A stretch of DNA of 64,000 bases. Source: an uncultured cyanobacterium. GTDB lineage: Bacteria > Cyanobacteriota > Cyanobacteriia > Cyanobacteriales > Nostocaceae. The notes below the pieces were generated by a model. That model saw nothing but the letters and a program-made list of their open reading frames with translations, made no database searches and was not told where the DNA came from. This document shows positions 53,818-64,000 of the stretch, piece after piece. Position numbers and translations under genes: made by a program. The stretch is taken from positions 4,768,001 to 4,832,000 of the forward strand of contig OY970166.1 of the NCBI GenBank assembly GCA_963706595.1, in the 5' to 3' direction. Each line of letters opens with the position of its first letter. Position 1 is the stretch's first letter.

Positions 53818-53982
53818 GATGCTATTTGCTGGTCATTGAATAATTACTAATTCGTAATTCGTAATTCGTAATTCAGAGAGTAGAAGCCCGACCTAAATCG
53901 TAGATTTGGTGGTTTGAAATTAATGGCAGGTATAAATACTACTAATTGCAACTACGAATTACGAATGATCAATTACTAATTA

Positions 53983-55794
53983 CTATTCAGATTTACCATT
54001 AACTTCCGAGTGCAGCGATAGACCTTCATTCAACCAAATACCTTGTTGAGGTACAGGAATAGAGAATCCGGCGTGATCAAAGGTGACTTTTAAGCGACGG
54101 CGAAACTCTCGCCCCACATCCCATTGCTTGAGGGGTAATGTCTTAATCCAGACACGAATCATCAAACCGCGATCGCCAAAGTTATCTATTCCTAAAACTT
54201 CCGGTGGTGCTATGATCAGACGTTTCCAGTAGGGATCTTGATTCATCTCCATACCCACGTCGTTGAGCAGCTGCAAAGCATCATCAATGTTATTTTGGTA
54301 AGCCACTGGAATAGTTAAATCGGCTCGTGACCAACGGCTAGAAAGATTAGCCACAATTTTAATTTCACTATTGGGAATCGTAATCAAACGCCCTTCAGCA
54401 TCGCGCAGCTGAGTAATCCGCAAATTGAGATTTTCTACTAAGCCTCCCACATCTCCCACAGCAATCACATCACCTAAAGCATACTGGTCTTCAACGATGA
54501 CAAGAAAACCATTAATTGCATCTTTGATTAAACTTTGGGAAGCCAGAGATAAAGCCACACCAATTAAACCAGCACCTGCTAATAAGGGGACAATATCTAT
54601 ACCCAAAGAAACCAGGGATAGTAAAATGCCAACTCCCAACCAAATACCAGTAGTGATACTTTTTGTTACACCTGAAAATGTAGAAACTCGCAGTTCCATC
54701 CGTTTATTAGCTTCTGAGTTTAATAAAACACCACTGCTAATCAGAGTAGAAGTGAAGCGATCAATCAGAGCATAGGTGAAACGGATGGCTACATAAATTC
54801 CTAGTATGACAATACCCAGCCTTAAAGGAATTTGGGCAGCCGAAAGAATCCCTACCTGAAATGCTCGCGTATAAGGAAATAGACCCAAAATGAAAACAAT
54901 TCCACTTCCCCAAATACTAGTTTGAGTTAATTGAAACAAGATTTTTTTGACTTCTTTAATATCTTTATCTTGCCGTTGATTCAGTTGAGTAGTCAGTTGT
55001 TGAGCATTATCTGCTATGGGGAGAATGGGGTGTTTTGAATTCTCTTTGGAACGACGTTGAAAGTAATAGACTCCCCCACTCAGTGCAACTATTAACAGTC
55101 CAATACCACCAGCAACTTGAGCTTGTTTGATTAAAATTTCAGTTGTTCTCTCCCTGGTAGATCGTTCCAAAGCTGTTTTCAACTGTTCGGTGATTTGAAC
55201 TGCCGAGACAGGTGGCTCTTCTCTTCGCAGTCTGGCATCTTCAGTCGTAACGGTCATCAGGTATTGACCATTAACATAAATTACTGGTAGTCCATTTTGT
55301 GTTTGGGTTTCAATGTCAATTGCTCCTGAAGGCGAACTTAAGTAATCTTGGCGGATTTGATTTAAACTTTGTTGGATACTTCGGGAACGCTCCGACAAAT
55401 TGCTTTTTGTTGCTGCTATCTGAAATACTTGGTAGCCGTCCAAATAAATCCAATCAGAAACAATTCTGTTATCTGTATCGCTATTTGCACCAGTGGGAGA
55501 TTGTAGGAAAGGCAAAATGGGAATTTGAGCCGAAGCTTTTGGCATAGAAACAACAGCTATAGCCATTGAACTTGCCATTGTCACCATGAAACTTCTACCT
55601 AAAATTCCTTTGGGAGATATGCGCCTAATATGTGGGTGTGAGGCTGGATTGGATACCTCCCAACTTGGTTTATGCTTGGCAGTAATCTGAATATTACCAA
55701 GGCTATTTTTCGATAAAAATGCCTGTTTCTGCTGATTAGAAGCAAAATTGGACAACAGAATTTCCTTAGCGATCGCCAAAAATTGCAAGCGCAC
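53983..55794 (-). CDS. mscS: MscS family mechanosensitive channel with N-terminal periplasmic domain (start may be further downstream)
   Basis: AGAGLIGVALSLASQSLIKD, GDVIAVGDVGGLVE, GRLITIPNSEI. Confidence 0.9.
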   Translation of the reverse strand: MRLQFLAIAKEILLSNFASNQQKQAFLSKNSLGNIQITAKHKPSWEVSNPASHPHIRRISPKGILGRSFMVTMASSMAIAVVSMPKASAQIPILPFLQSPTGANSDTDNRIVSDWIYLDGYQVFQIAATKSNLSERSRSIQQSLNQIRQDYLSSPSGAIDIETQTQNGLPVIYVNGQYLMTVTTEDARLRREEPPVSAVQITEQLKTALERSTRERTTEILIKQAQVAGGIGLLIVALSGGVYYFQRRSKENSKHPILPIADNAQQLTTQLNQRQDKDIKEVKKILFQLTQTSIWGSGIVFILGLFPYTRAFQVGILSAAQIPLRLGIVILGIYVAIRFTYALIDRFTSTLISSGVLLNSEANKRMELRVSTFSGVTKSITTGIWLGVGILLSLVSLGIDIVPLLAGAGLIGVALSLASQSLIKDAINGFLVIVEDQYALGDVIAVGDVGGLVENLNLRITQLRDAEGRLITIPNSEIKIVANLSSRWSRADLTIPVAYQNNIDDALQLLNDVGMEMNQDPYWKRLIIAPPEVLGIDNFGDRGLMIRVWIKTLPLKQWDVGREFRRRLKVTFDHAGFSIPVPQQGIWLNEGLSLHSEVNGKSE

Positions 55795-56128
55795 TCAAAT
55801 ACCTCCTTAAACAAAATTTACCATCGGCTACTTCCAGAGCCATCCTCTTCGACTGGCTTGTATAAATGTACCTATCTAAAGTAGACTATTTAAATTGTGG
55901 AAATCTTTCTAACTTTTGATAGATGACAATTTACCTCATCTCCTTTGGGTAACAGATAGAGAGCCGTTGATATACTCTTAGCAAAAATTAAGTCAAAAAA
56001 GAAAAATTAGGGATCGAAGTTAACCGGAAATTCTGCCAGATCAAACTAGAACAGAGTACAATTAACAGGCTTATTGGTGAATACAAACCAAAATCACCAG
56101 TTGTACAATACCCTAGTAGGGTGCGTAA

Positions 56129-57445
<1,317 letters not shown>

Positions 57446-57470
57446 TCTTTGTTGATTAATTGATTTTTTG

Positions 57471-57500
57471 GGGATAGGCTTTTGGGCTTATCCCTTTTTT
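57471..57500 (+). terminator. Intrinsic terminator after ahcY
   Basis: GGGATAGGC/GCTTATCCC stem followed by TTTTTT. Confidence 0.8.
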
Positions 57501-57580
57501 ATTTAACGTTTGCGTAGCGTGCCGTAGGCATACCGCAGAGGGAGGATATAATAAAACAGAGGGTGTTATTGTAAGTTTGT

Positions 57581-57997
57581 ATGTCAGCAAAAGATTTTTT
57601 TCACAATGCCGTAAGGTTAGCTTTAGAGAAAGATGGTTGGTTAATTACTGATGATCCTTTAAGATTTATAATAGATACTATAGAATTCCGTCTTGATTTA
57701 GGAGCAGAAAGACTTTTAGCAGCAGAAAAAGAAGGAGAAAAAATAGCAGTTGAAATCAAATCTTTTTTGGGGAAATCAGCGATTAGTGAATTTCATACAG
57801 CTTTAGGACAAACACTTAATTACCGTTCTATTTTAAGAAAAGAAGCACCTGATCGTATTTTATATTTAGCAATTAGTTATGAAATCTATACAGCTTTTTT
57901 TCTGATACCTGTGATTCAAGAAATAATTGCTGAACATAAATTAAAATTATTGATATTTGAAAGTAGTAAGGAGGAGATTGTTTTATGGAAAGAATGA
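57581..57997 (+). CDS. xisH: XisH family protein (copy 1)
   Basis: MSAKDFFHNAVRLALEKDGW, DLGAE, IAVEIKSF, ALGQ, LYLAI. Confidence 0.95.
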   Translation: MSAKDFFHNAVRLALEKDGWLITDDPLRFIIDTIEFRLDLGAERLLAAEKEGEKIAVEIKSFLGKSAISEFHTALGQTLNYRSILRKEAPDRILYLAISYEIYTAFFLIPVIQEIIAEHKLKLLIFESSKEEIVLWKE

Positions 57998-58314
57998 ATT
58001 ATCCTGAATTAGTACAAACAGTATTAGCAAGACATACAGAAAGTCATTTAGCCAAGGGGACAGAAATACAATTAATATTTGATAATCAAAAAAATCACTA
58101 TTTAGTAATTCATCTAGGTTGGGAAGGTGAAAAACGGACTTATGGTTCGGTGATTCATGTTGATATTAAGGATGGAAAAATCTGGATTCAGTCCGATTTT
58201 ACAGAAGAAGGAGTTGCGAATGAGTTGGTAGAGTTAGGTGTACCGAAAACAGATATTGTTTTAGGTTTTAGATCCCCTCATGTGAGACAATTTACTGGTT
58301 TTGCATCCGTTTAG
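57985..58314 (+). CDS. xisI: XisI family protein (copy 1)
   Basis: HVDIKDGKIWIQSDFTEEGVANELVELGVPKTDIVLGF. Confidence 0.95.
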   Translation: MERMNYPELVQTVLARHTESHLAKGTEIQLIFDNQKNHYLVIHLGWEGEKRTYGSVIHVDIKDGKIWIQSDFTEEGVANELVELGVPKTDIVLGFRSPHVRQFTGFASV

Positions 58315-58482
58315 ACTTTTCATTCATTGTTTATATGTCAGGAAACCCTACATAAACTACGACGGTGTGAAACTTGCTAATACTAATAGAGTAGAAGCAA
58401 TATCAGCCTTTGTAGCGGAGGCGAGATTCGCTGTTATCTGTTGGGAAATGAGGTTGTGATGATATTTTTGCACCCCTATGTA

Positions 58483-59370
58483 TTACTGATAAAATTTTTG
58501 ATTAAAGTTATTAATTATTTCTGTCACCTGTATTGTGTGTAATTCGTTATCTAAATCTACTTTTAATTGTAATGCACTTTGATAACGCCATTCTACTCTT
58601 CTACGTAACATACAAGAAATTATATATGCTAAATTTCCAAATTTTTCAATTAATGATTCAGCTATTTTTCTTGGTTGCCCTTCATTTATCAGATGATCAA
58701 TTATTTGACGGTCTAAATGTTGAGGGATAGGTTCTTGTCCTGTTAGTAATGTAAGTAGAATTAAACCTAGCTGGTAGATATCTGATTGAAAATCGGAGTA
58801 GCCATGTTTTAAAAGTTCTGGAGGAACAGCATTAAAAAAACCAGTATTGGATACAATAGGAAAATATAAATTAGACTTCTTTTTAGATATTCCGAAATCA
58901 GCAATTTTTACATGATAGTCAGGAAATAATAAAATATTTCTTAAAGTTAAATCTCTATGTATGACTGTAGAATTATGAATTTCAACTAAAGCTTCGCATA
59001 ATTTATAGCCTATCCAACAAACATGACTTGGATGAAAAGGCTTATAGATTTGCAAATATCTATCTAAACTCATTAAAGCTTTTTCCATAACTATTACTAA
59101 GCTAGTAGTATTAGTAAAAGGATCTGTATGAATAAAAAAATCATAAATTTTAACTATGTTTTGATGATCAAAGCCTATTTGATTGGAAATTTCATTAAAC
59201 CAGGCTTGCTGACTTGTATCATCGGTAAAACGACAAATCTTAATAGCCACTGGAATTTGGTTGCTATCTATTCCTCCCCATACTTTTCCAAAACAACCTT
59301 CACCTAATTCTTCTTTTAAAAAATAGGTTATTTTTGTCTCAGGATTTATCAAAGTATATTTGTTTTGCAT
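58483..59370 (-). CDS. Stand-alone Hanks-type protein kinase, AT-rich
   Basis: LGEGCFGKV, VAIK, alphaC Glu (NEI), HRDLTLRN, DFG, PPE, DIYQLG; no TM or sensor domain. Confidence 0.9.
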   Translation of the reverse strand: MQNKYTLINPETKITYFLKEELGEGCFGKVWGGIDSNQIPVAIKICRFTDDTSQQAWFNEISNQIGFDHQNIVKIYDFFIHTDPFTNTTSLVIVMEKALMSLDRYLQIYKPFHPSHVCWIGYKLCEALVEIHNSTVIHRDLTLRNILLFPDYHVKIADFGISKKKSNLYFPIVSNTGFFNAVPPELLKHGYSDFQSDIYQLGLILLTLLTGQEPIPQHLDRQIIDHLINEGQPRKIAESLIEKFGNLAYIISCMLRRRVEWRYQSALQLKVDLDNELHTIQVTEIINNFNQKFYQ

Positions 59371-59399
59371 AAATAACAACAATGTATAAAAACATCAAA

Positions 59400-59428
59400 A
59401 TCATAACAAAGTGGCTAGTATATGTCAA
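59400..59428 (-). promoter_or_regulatory. Sigma70 promoter of the kinase gene
   Basis: TTGACA-17 nt-TATGAT on the minus strand, ~30 bp before the ATG. Confidence 0.75.
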
Positions 59429-59504
59429 TCACCATTTGTTCAATAACTCTATTCCTTTGCATCTTTGCGCCTTCGCGTGAGATAAATTCAAAAAATACAA
59501 ATGT

Positions 59505-59891
59505 TTATGGTATGGGAGCTTTTTTCGGATGTTTCCCAGCATAATAGACAACAACCTTTAATTGATCCTCATTAGGAACATAAAATACCCTATCACCGCC
59601 TGTAACTTCATACTCCCAAGCACCTTGATAAACTTTACCCTTTAAAGGAAAAACGCGCTTTGGTTGTCTAGTTGTTGGTGCATTACATAAATCGTCATAG
59701 CAACGAGAGCAATTTTCTGGATAACGTTGCATCAAAGCTTCCCAATCTCGATTAACCCTTCTATTCTTGGCGACTACCAACCAAGTGCTACTTGTACCAG
59801 ATAATGCAGAAGCCGTCAGTTTTACTTCTGGCGGTTCCACATTATCTATTAATTGATTTTCTGAAGGATTGTCTGACATAGAAAAATTCAC
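59505..59891 (-). CDS. Putative RelE/ParE-fold toxin
   Basis: FPLKGKVYQGAWEYEVTGGDRVFY...KVVVYYAGKH matches RelE-like strand order; overlaps the upstream gene's stop. Confidence 0.65.
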   Translation of the reverse strand: MNFSMSDNPSENQLIDNVEPPEVKLTASALSGTSSTWLVVAKNRRVNRDWEALMQRYPENCSRCYDDLCNAPTTRQPKRVFPLKGKVYQGAWEYEVTGGDRVFYVPNEDQLKVVVYYAGKHPKKAPIP

Positions 59892-60382
59892 CCACCACCG
59901 CTAATAGATGGCTGTGTTAATGGGATTTCATCAGTCTGATCATTAAAAGCTGCTGCTAAATCAGGACTGGCGATCGCGATCGCACTTTCACGCCATTCAT
60001 GAATAATTGCATCAATCACATCCCAAGCCTCATTAGAAGTATCAGTTAAGCGAAAAGCCTCACTTACCTCTTTAATAAAATCTTGCAATTCATCTGCATC
60101 AAATATGCTCAACCATCCATAAGGATGCTCATAACCTATTTTTTGTCCTAACAATAACCGAAACGCCACCGATAACACCTCAAAAACAGCCTTACTTTGT
60201 GTTACCCCTTTCACAAGATAAGCCACATCCGCACGACGCAACAGCGCAAAAGATTGATCATTGCGAGTAATGGTGATTGGGCGTTCATAAGCTTTGTCTA
60301 AAATTCGCCCAGGTTGACGATTCAACTCAGTGGCTGTAATTAGCTCATCTGAGAACGCATTGCTAAAAATTGCAATTGACAT
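59888..60382 (-). CDS. Putative antitoxin: Phd/YefM-like N-terminus plus long helical C-terminal domain
   Basis: ITATELNRQPGRILDKAYERPITITRN is a Phd/YefM DNA-binding pattern. Confidence 0.72.
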   Translation of the reverse strand: MSIAIFSNAFSDELITATELNRQPGRILDKAYERPITITRNDQSFALLRRADVAYLVKGVTQSKAVFEVLSVAFRLLLGQKIGYEHPYGWLSIFDADELQDFIKEVSEAFRLTDTSNEAWDVIDAIIHEWRESAIAIASPDLAAAFNDQTDEIPLTQPSISGGG

Positions 60383-60427
60383 GATACCTGCGTTTTCCAG
60401 AAACGCTGATTTAATTTGAAGAGGTTA

Positions 60428-60465
60428 TTACGTACTATCATACGTAACCCCTTAACCTTTGTCAA
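60428..60465 (-). promoter_or_regulatory. Sigma70 promoter with palindromic operator over the -10
   Basis: TTGACA-17 nt-TATGAT; inverted repeat TTACGTA-N6-TACGTAA at 60428-60447. Confidence 0.8.
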
Positions 60466-60536
60466 TAGTTAAAATGACAAAAACCTTTTTTTCGCTCTTC
60501 CTTTGCGACTTTGCGGAAGATCCAAAATATTTAAAT

Positions 60537-60657
60537 CCCCGGCGAATGGAATTCGCGGCTACACAGACAAAACCCGCCTGCGCGGGTTAAAAATCTGGTT
60601 TATTAGTCCACGCAGGTGGACTTCGTTTGTATAGCCGCGATTTCTAATCGCCAGGGC
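60537..60657. mobile_element. ~120 bp MITE-like repeat (related copy ~19013-19156)
   Basis: Inverted ends CCCCGGCGA..TCGCGGCTA / TAGCCGCGA..TCGCCAGGG with two internal hairpins. Confidence 0.7.
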
Positions 60658-60695
60658 TTTTCGATATACTAGAAATATTCCTATACAATCATCTC

Positions 60696-60935
60696 ATGCT
60701 AACTGTAACCATTGATGAAATTCAGGAAAATCTAACCAGCTATCTTCACCAAGTAGCAGCAGGACAAAGCATTATTATCACCCAAGCTGGTAAACCTATT
60801 GCAGAAATTAAACCAGTTTCCCCTATTACTCAACAAATGAGGCCTTATGGCTTATGTGCTGGAGATTTCATTGTTCCAGATGACTTTGATAGTCCCTTAC
60901 CTGAAGATATTTTGAATATTTTTGAGGGGAAATGA
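60696..60935 (+). CDS. vapB: Phd/YefM-family antitoxin (VapB role)
   Basis: VTIDEIQENLTSYLHQVAAGQSIIITQAGKPIAEI...PDDFDSPLP; ATGA overlap with the PIN gene. Confidence 0.88.
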   Translation: MLTVTIDEIQENLTSYLHQVAAGQSIIITQAGKPIAEIKPVSPITQQMRPYGLCAGDFIVPDDFDSPLPEDILNIFEGK

Positions 60936-61318
60936 AACTATTGTTAGATACCCATATTTTTTTATGGTTTATTAGTGGCGATCAAAAATTACCAATTCAT
61001 TTACAAAATAGCATTCGTGATTTAAACAACGAGGTATATTTAAGTTGCATTTCCGTGTGGGAAGCAACCATTAAATATCAATTAGGTAAACTACCCCTAC
61101 CAGAATCTCCGGAAATATACCTTCCTAAACAGCGTCAGCAGCACCTTATATCTAGTCTCAATCTAGATGAAGAAAGTATTGCTCAACTCGTAAATCTGCC
61201 ATTATTACATCGTGATCCTTTTGATAGAATTTTAATCTGCCAAGCATTACAGCATGATATGACAATTGTAACCGTAGACTCGGCAATTCGTGCTTACTCA
61301 GTAAGTATTTTATATTAA
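60932..61318 (+). CDS. vapC: VapC/PIN-domain toxin
   Basis: LLLDTHIFLW, SVWE, HRDPFDRILICQA, VTVD. Confidence 0.94.
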   Translation: MKLLLDTHIFLWFISGDQKLPIHLQNSIRDLNNEVYLSCISVWEATIKYQLGKLPLPESPEIYLPKQRQQHLISSLNLDEESIAQLVNLPLLHRDPFDRILICQALQHDMTIVTVDSAIRAYSVSILY

Positions 61319-61632
61319 TCTACTAATTGCTCAAAATCTGGCAGAGAATAGCCTTTCCACTGTAAAAGTGCATAAGCATAGGCTTTTTTTAACATTAAAT
61401 AATCAGCACTCACTCGCAGCGATTTCAATAACAACCTATCTGATTCATTTAATTGATTATTTTGATTTTTTTCTAAAAGCTGTAAATGTAATTCTTGTTG
61501 ACTTTCAGGAATTTTACTTTGAGCAATAGGTAATAATTCCTCAATCATTAATTGCTGCATAGCGATTAATTCCCCTTGCAATTCCAGAGGTGCATAATCA
61601 ACACCAGGAGGCGAATTAGTTTGGGTACTCAT
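61315..61632 (-). CDS. Hypothetical helical protein, antitoxin-like
   Basis: 105 aa; LLEKNQNNQL...LMLKKAYAYALLQWKG. Function inferred only from context. Confidence 0.65.
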   Translation of the reverse strand: MSTQTNSPPGVDYAPLELQGELIAMQQLMIEELLPIAQSKIPESQQELHLQLLEKNQNNQLNESDRLLLKSLRVSADYLMLKKAYAYALLQWKGYSLPDFEQLVD

Positions 61633-61717
61633 AACTGTTGTAAGAATTACTTAATTTTTAGTATAACTGTAATTTTCCAAATTAATATACTATATATTGT
61701 AATATATACTTACCCCA

Positions 61718-62134
61718 ATGCCAGCTAAAGACATTTACCATAATGCCGTTAGAAATTCCCTAGAAAAAGATAATTGGCAAATCACCAAAGATCCATTTGT
61801 TCTCAAATGGGGTACAAGAGATTTATATATAGACTTAGGTGCAGAAAAACTCATAGCCGCCGAAAAAACCGGACAGAAAATAGCAGTCGAAATTAAAAGC
61901 TTTATAGGTGCTTCTCCAGTCACAGACCTAGAAAACGCTTTAGGGCAATATATCTTATATTACGACATTCTCACACGCTTAGAACCTGAACGCCGCTTAT
62001 ATCTGGCTATTCGTCAAGAAACCTATTCAGAACTATTTCAAGAACCAGTTGGTAAAATATTATTAGAAAATCAACGCCTTTGTTTACTTGTCTTTGACTC
62101 AAAAAAAGAAGTGGTGCTGCAATGGATACCTTAG
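61718..62134 (+). CDS. xisH: XisH family protein (copy 2)
   Basis: MPAKDIYHNAVRNSLEKDNW, IDLGAE, AVEIKSF, ALGQY. Confidence 0.95.
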   Translation: MPAKDIYHNAVRNSLEKDNWQITKDPFVLKWGTRDLYIDLGAEKLIAAEKTGQKIAVEIKSFIGASPVTDLENALGQYILYYDILTRLEPERRLYLAIRQETYSELFQEPVGKILLENQRLCLLVFDSKKEVVLQWIP

Positions 62135-62457
62135 ATAATTATCGCCAAATCATTCAAAAAATATTAACCGAATACGCCCAACTCCCCTACGCTTACGGGG
62201 AACTAGAAAGACAACTAATTATTGACCAAACCCTCAACCATTATCTACTACTAACGCTAGGCTGGGAAAATAATCAACGGGTACATGGTTGCTTAGTTCA
62301 TATTGACATTATCAACGACAAAATCTGGATTCAAAGAGACGGTACAGAATACGGAATAGCCAACGAACTGGTTAACGCTGGTATTCCTAAACATCATATT
62401 GTTCTCGCCTTTCAACCAGCAGATATCAGGCAACATACTGAATTTGCAATAACTTAA
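62122..62457 (+). CDS. xisI: XisI family protein (copy 2)
   Basis: HGCLVHIDIINDKIWIQRDGTEYGIANELVNAGIPKHHIVLAF. Confidence 0.95.
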   Translation: MDTLDNYRQIIQKILTEYAQLPYAYGELERQLIIDQTLNHYLLLTLGWENNQRVHGCLVHIDIINDKIWIQRDGTEYGIANELVNAGIPKHHIVLAFQPADIRQHTEFAIT

Positions 62458-62458
62458 A
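62417..62458 (+). repeat. 42 bp direct repeat (second copy 63176-63217) flanking parDE
   Basis: CAGCAGATATCAGGCAACATACTGAATT(T/C)GCAATAACTTAAA; 41 of 42 identical. Confidence 0.9.
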
Positions 62459-62482
62459 ACTATTTATCCCTATCAAACACCC

Positions 62483-62788
62483 TCAACCATCCATTGATTC
62501 TGTAAATAAAGATTCCAAATCTCGATACCCACTAACTACACGCACAATTTCAATCCCACTATTAATAACTCGATAAAGAATAACGTAACTATCTAAAGGA
62601 ATACCCCGCAAATCAACTTTAATATTTCCGTAGCTACGCCCCATATTGGGGAAATTAGCTAAATATTTACACTTTTTATCAAATTCATCAACAAAACGCT
62701 CTCCAGCATCAATATTTCTATTGGCAAAATAATCAATTATTGCTAATAAATCCTTACTTGCTTCTGGAGAGATACTGTGTCTTTTCAT
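62483..62788 (-). CDS. parE: ParE/RelE family toxin
   Basis: ISPEASKDLLAIIDY...LANFPNMGR...YVILYRV...IEIVRVVSGYRDL. Confidence 0.92.
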   Translation of the reverse strand: MKRHSISPEASKDLLAIIDYFANRNIDAGERFVDEFDKKCKYLANFPNMGRSYGNIKVDLRGIPLDSYVILYRVINSGIEIVRVVSGYRDLESLFTESMDG

Positions 62789-63051
62789 CCTTGCATCTCT
62801 CTGGCTTGACGCAACTTATCCCGTAATTGTTCAATCACAACATTCGCATCAATACCTTCCCCTTTATCCAATTGTCCAATAGCAACATCAACCTTTTCCC
62901 GTGTTTCTTCCACCCACTGCTGATAACCCTTCTCCCACTCCAAAAGCAACTTTAAAGCCTTACTAATCACATCTTCAGGATTTGCATATCTACCCGTAGC
63001 AATTTGCGCTTGGATAATTTGCTCTAATTCAGGTTTAATTTGGATATTCAT
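62785..63051 (-). CDS. parD: ParD family (RHH) antitoxin
   Basis: MNIQIKPELEQIIQAQIATGRYANPEDVISKALKLL; ATGA overlap with parE. Confidence 0.9.
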   Translation of the reverse strand: MNIQIKPELEQIIQAQIATGRYANPEDVISKALKLLLEWEKGYQQWVEETREKVDVAIGQLDKGEGIDANVVIEQLRDKLRQAREMQG

Positions 63052-63218
63052 AATTTATTCTCTGATTGAGCTTAACTTTATAATAACTCTCAACCCTTTG
63101 CGACATTGCGCCTACGCTGGGGGAACCTTTTCAACGAATGCGTGAGATAAAAAAAACCTAATTTCGGCTTTAAAGCAGCAGATATCAGGCAACATACTGA
63201 ATTCGCAATAACTTAAAT

Positions 63219-63587
63219 TTATAGCTTATGCTGCAAGCGGCTGAGACGTTCTGCATAACTCTTCATGACCTTAATAGCAAATACAGGCGTTTCCTGAACC
63301 GCAAACAGAAACCCAGACTCATCCAAATACGCCAACTTGCAGTCAGTCTTAGCGATCGCAGTATAAGTTCTCCCTTGTATTCCTAAAAGTATACCAGTCC
63401 CAAACACTTCACCTGACTGAATTATCTCTACAGTCTTATCATTGACTAATATTTCCACTTCTCCTTCTAAAATCCCGAACATACAATTCCCCGGCTGTCC
63501 TTCCTTAAAGATGACTTCACCGGTGGAAAATACTTGAGGAGAGGGTTGTTTTTGAAAGATGCTGAGTGTAACTACAGGACTTAACAT
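63219..63587 (-). CDS. Stand-alone cyclic nucleotide-binding domain protein
   Basis: GEVIFKEGQPG...GEVEI...GEVFG...RTYTAIAKTDCKL; no HTH. Confidence 0.88.
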   Translation of the reverse strand: MLSPVVTLSIFQKQPSPQVFSTGEVIFKEGQPGNCMFGILEGEVEILVNDKTVEIIQSGEVFGTGILLGIQGRTYTAIAKTDCKLAYLDESGFLFAVQETPVFAIKVMKSYAERLSRLQHKL

Positions 63588-64000
63588 AGGACAGCCGCCA
63601 AATTTCTCGATTTTTAAAGATATTCTTGGTCTGGGCAATACAAGAACCGATAAAACTATACAACATTCTGTAGATAGATATCTAGTAGCATTGCCAACCA
63701 TTCTCCAAAAATCGGTTAATAAACTGAAATTTACAGCTTTAAATCAAATTCTTGCTCATAAACCAGCTTTTTTACCCAGAGGTTGACTCAGTAAACCATG
63801 GTTATTTGGCAATTTGGCAGACATACATTTTTTGTCAGTGGTATCTTTTAATTGTGCAAGGGGTGTAGTAGAAGTAGTCGAGATTAATTAATCTGGGCTA
63901 CTTCTGCAATTTTATTAACTTTCAAAAAAGTTAAGCACGAGTCAAAAGTTCTAAATTATGACCATCGAGGTCATAGAAATAAAAACCACGACCTCCCATT

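Noticed and set aside
57581..62457. fdxN excision element suggested by xisH/xisI
   Set aside because: No xisF recombinase, fdxN or nif genes in the window; xisHI pairs are commonly scattered in cyanobacterial genomes.

Overview
64 kb of chromosome from a heterocyst-forming (Nostocales-type) cyanobacterium, judged from abundant HIP1 GCGATCGC sites, heptamer tandem repeats, ycf3, an hli gene and xisH/xisI. It is mostly housekeeping and stress genes: argF, lexA, tRNA-Thr, acs, ycf3, gatC, aroA, thyX, glgX-treZ-treY, an ABC transporter, glycosyltransferases, mscS and ahcY. Main points of interest: (1) a two-gene operon of unknown function whose near-consensus sigma70 promoter has a LexA-box-like site in its spacer and whose first protein carries a sliding-clamp-binding-type motif (QLSLPF), suggesting an SOS module acting at the replisome; (2) a ~5.7 kb toxin-antitoxin island after ahcY with an atypical Phd/RelE-like pair, a stand-alone kinase with a tyrosine-kinase-like catalytic loop, and a parDE module flanked by 42 bp direct repeats; (3) a helicase, small protein and SMC/DndD-like ATPase downstream of lexA; (4) a 330 aa LAGLIDADG intein in thyX; (5) a candidate nuclease/acidic-partner pair. 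Four genes, including argF, carry single-base frameshifts that are most simply assembly errors. All family assignments come from reading motifs by eye; no database searches were run.
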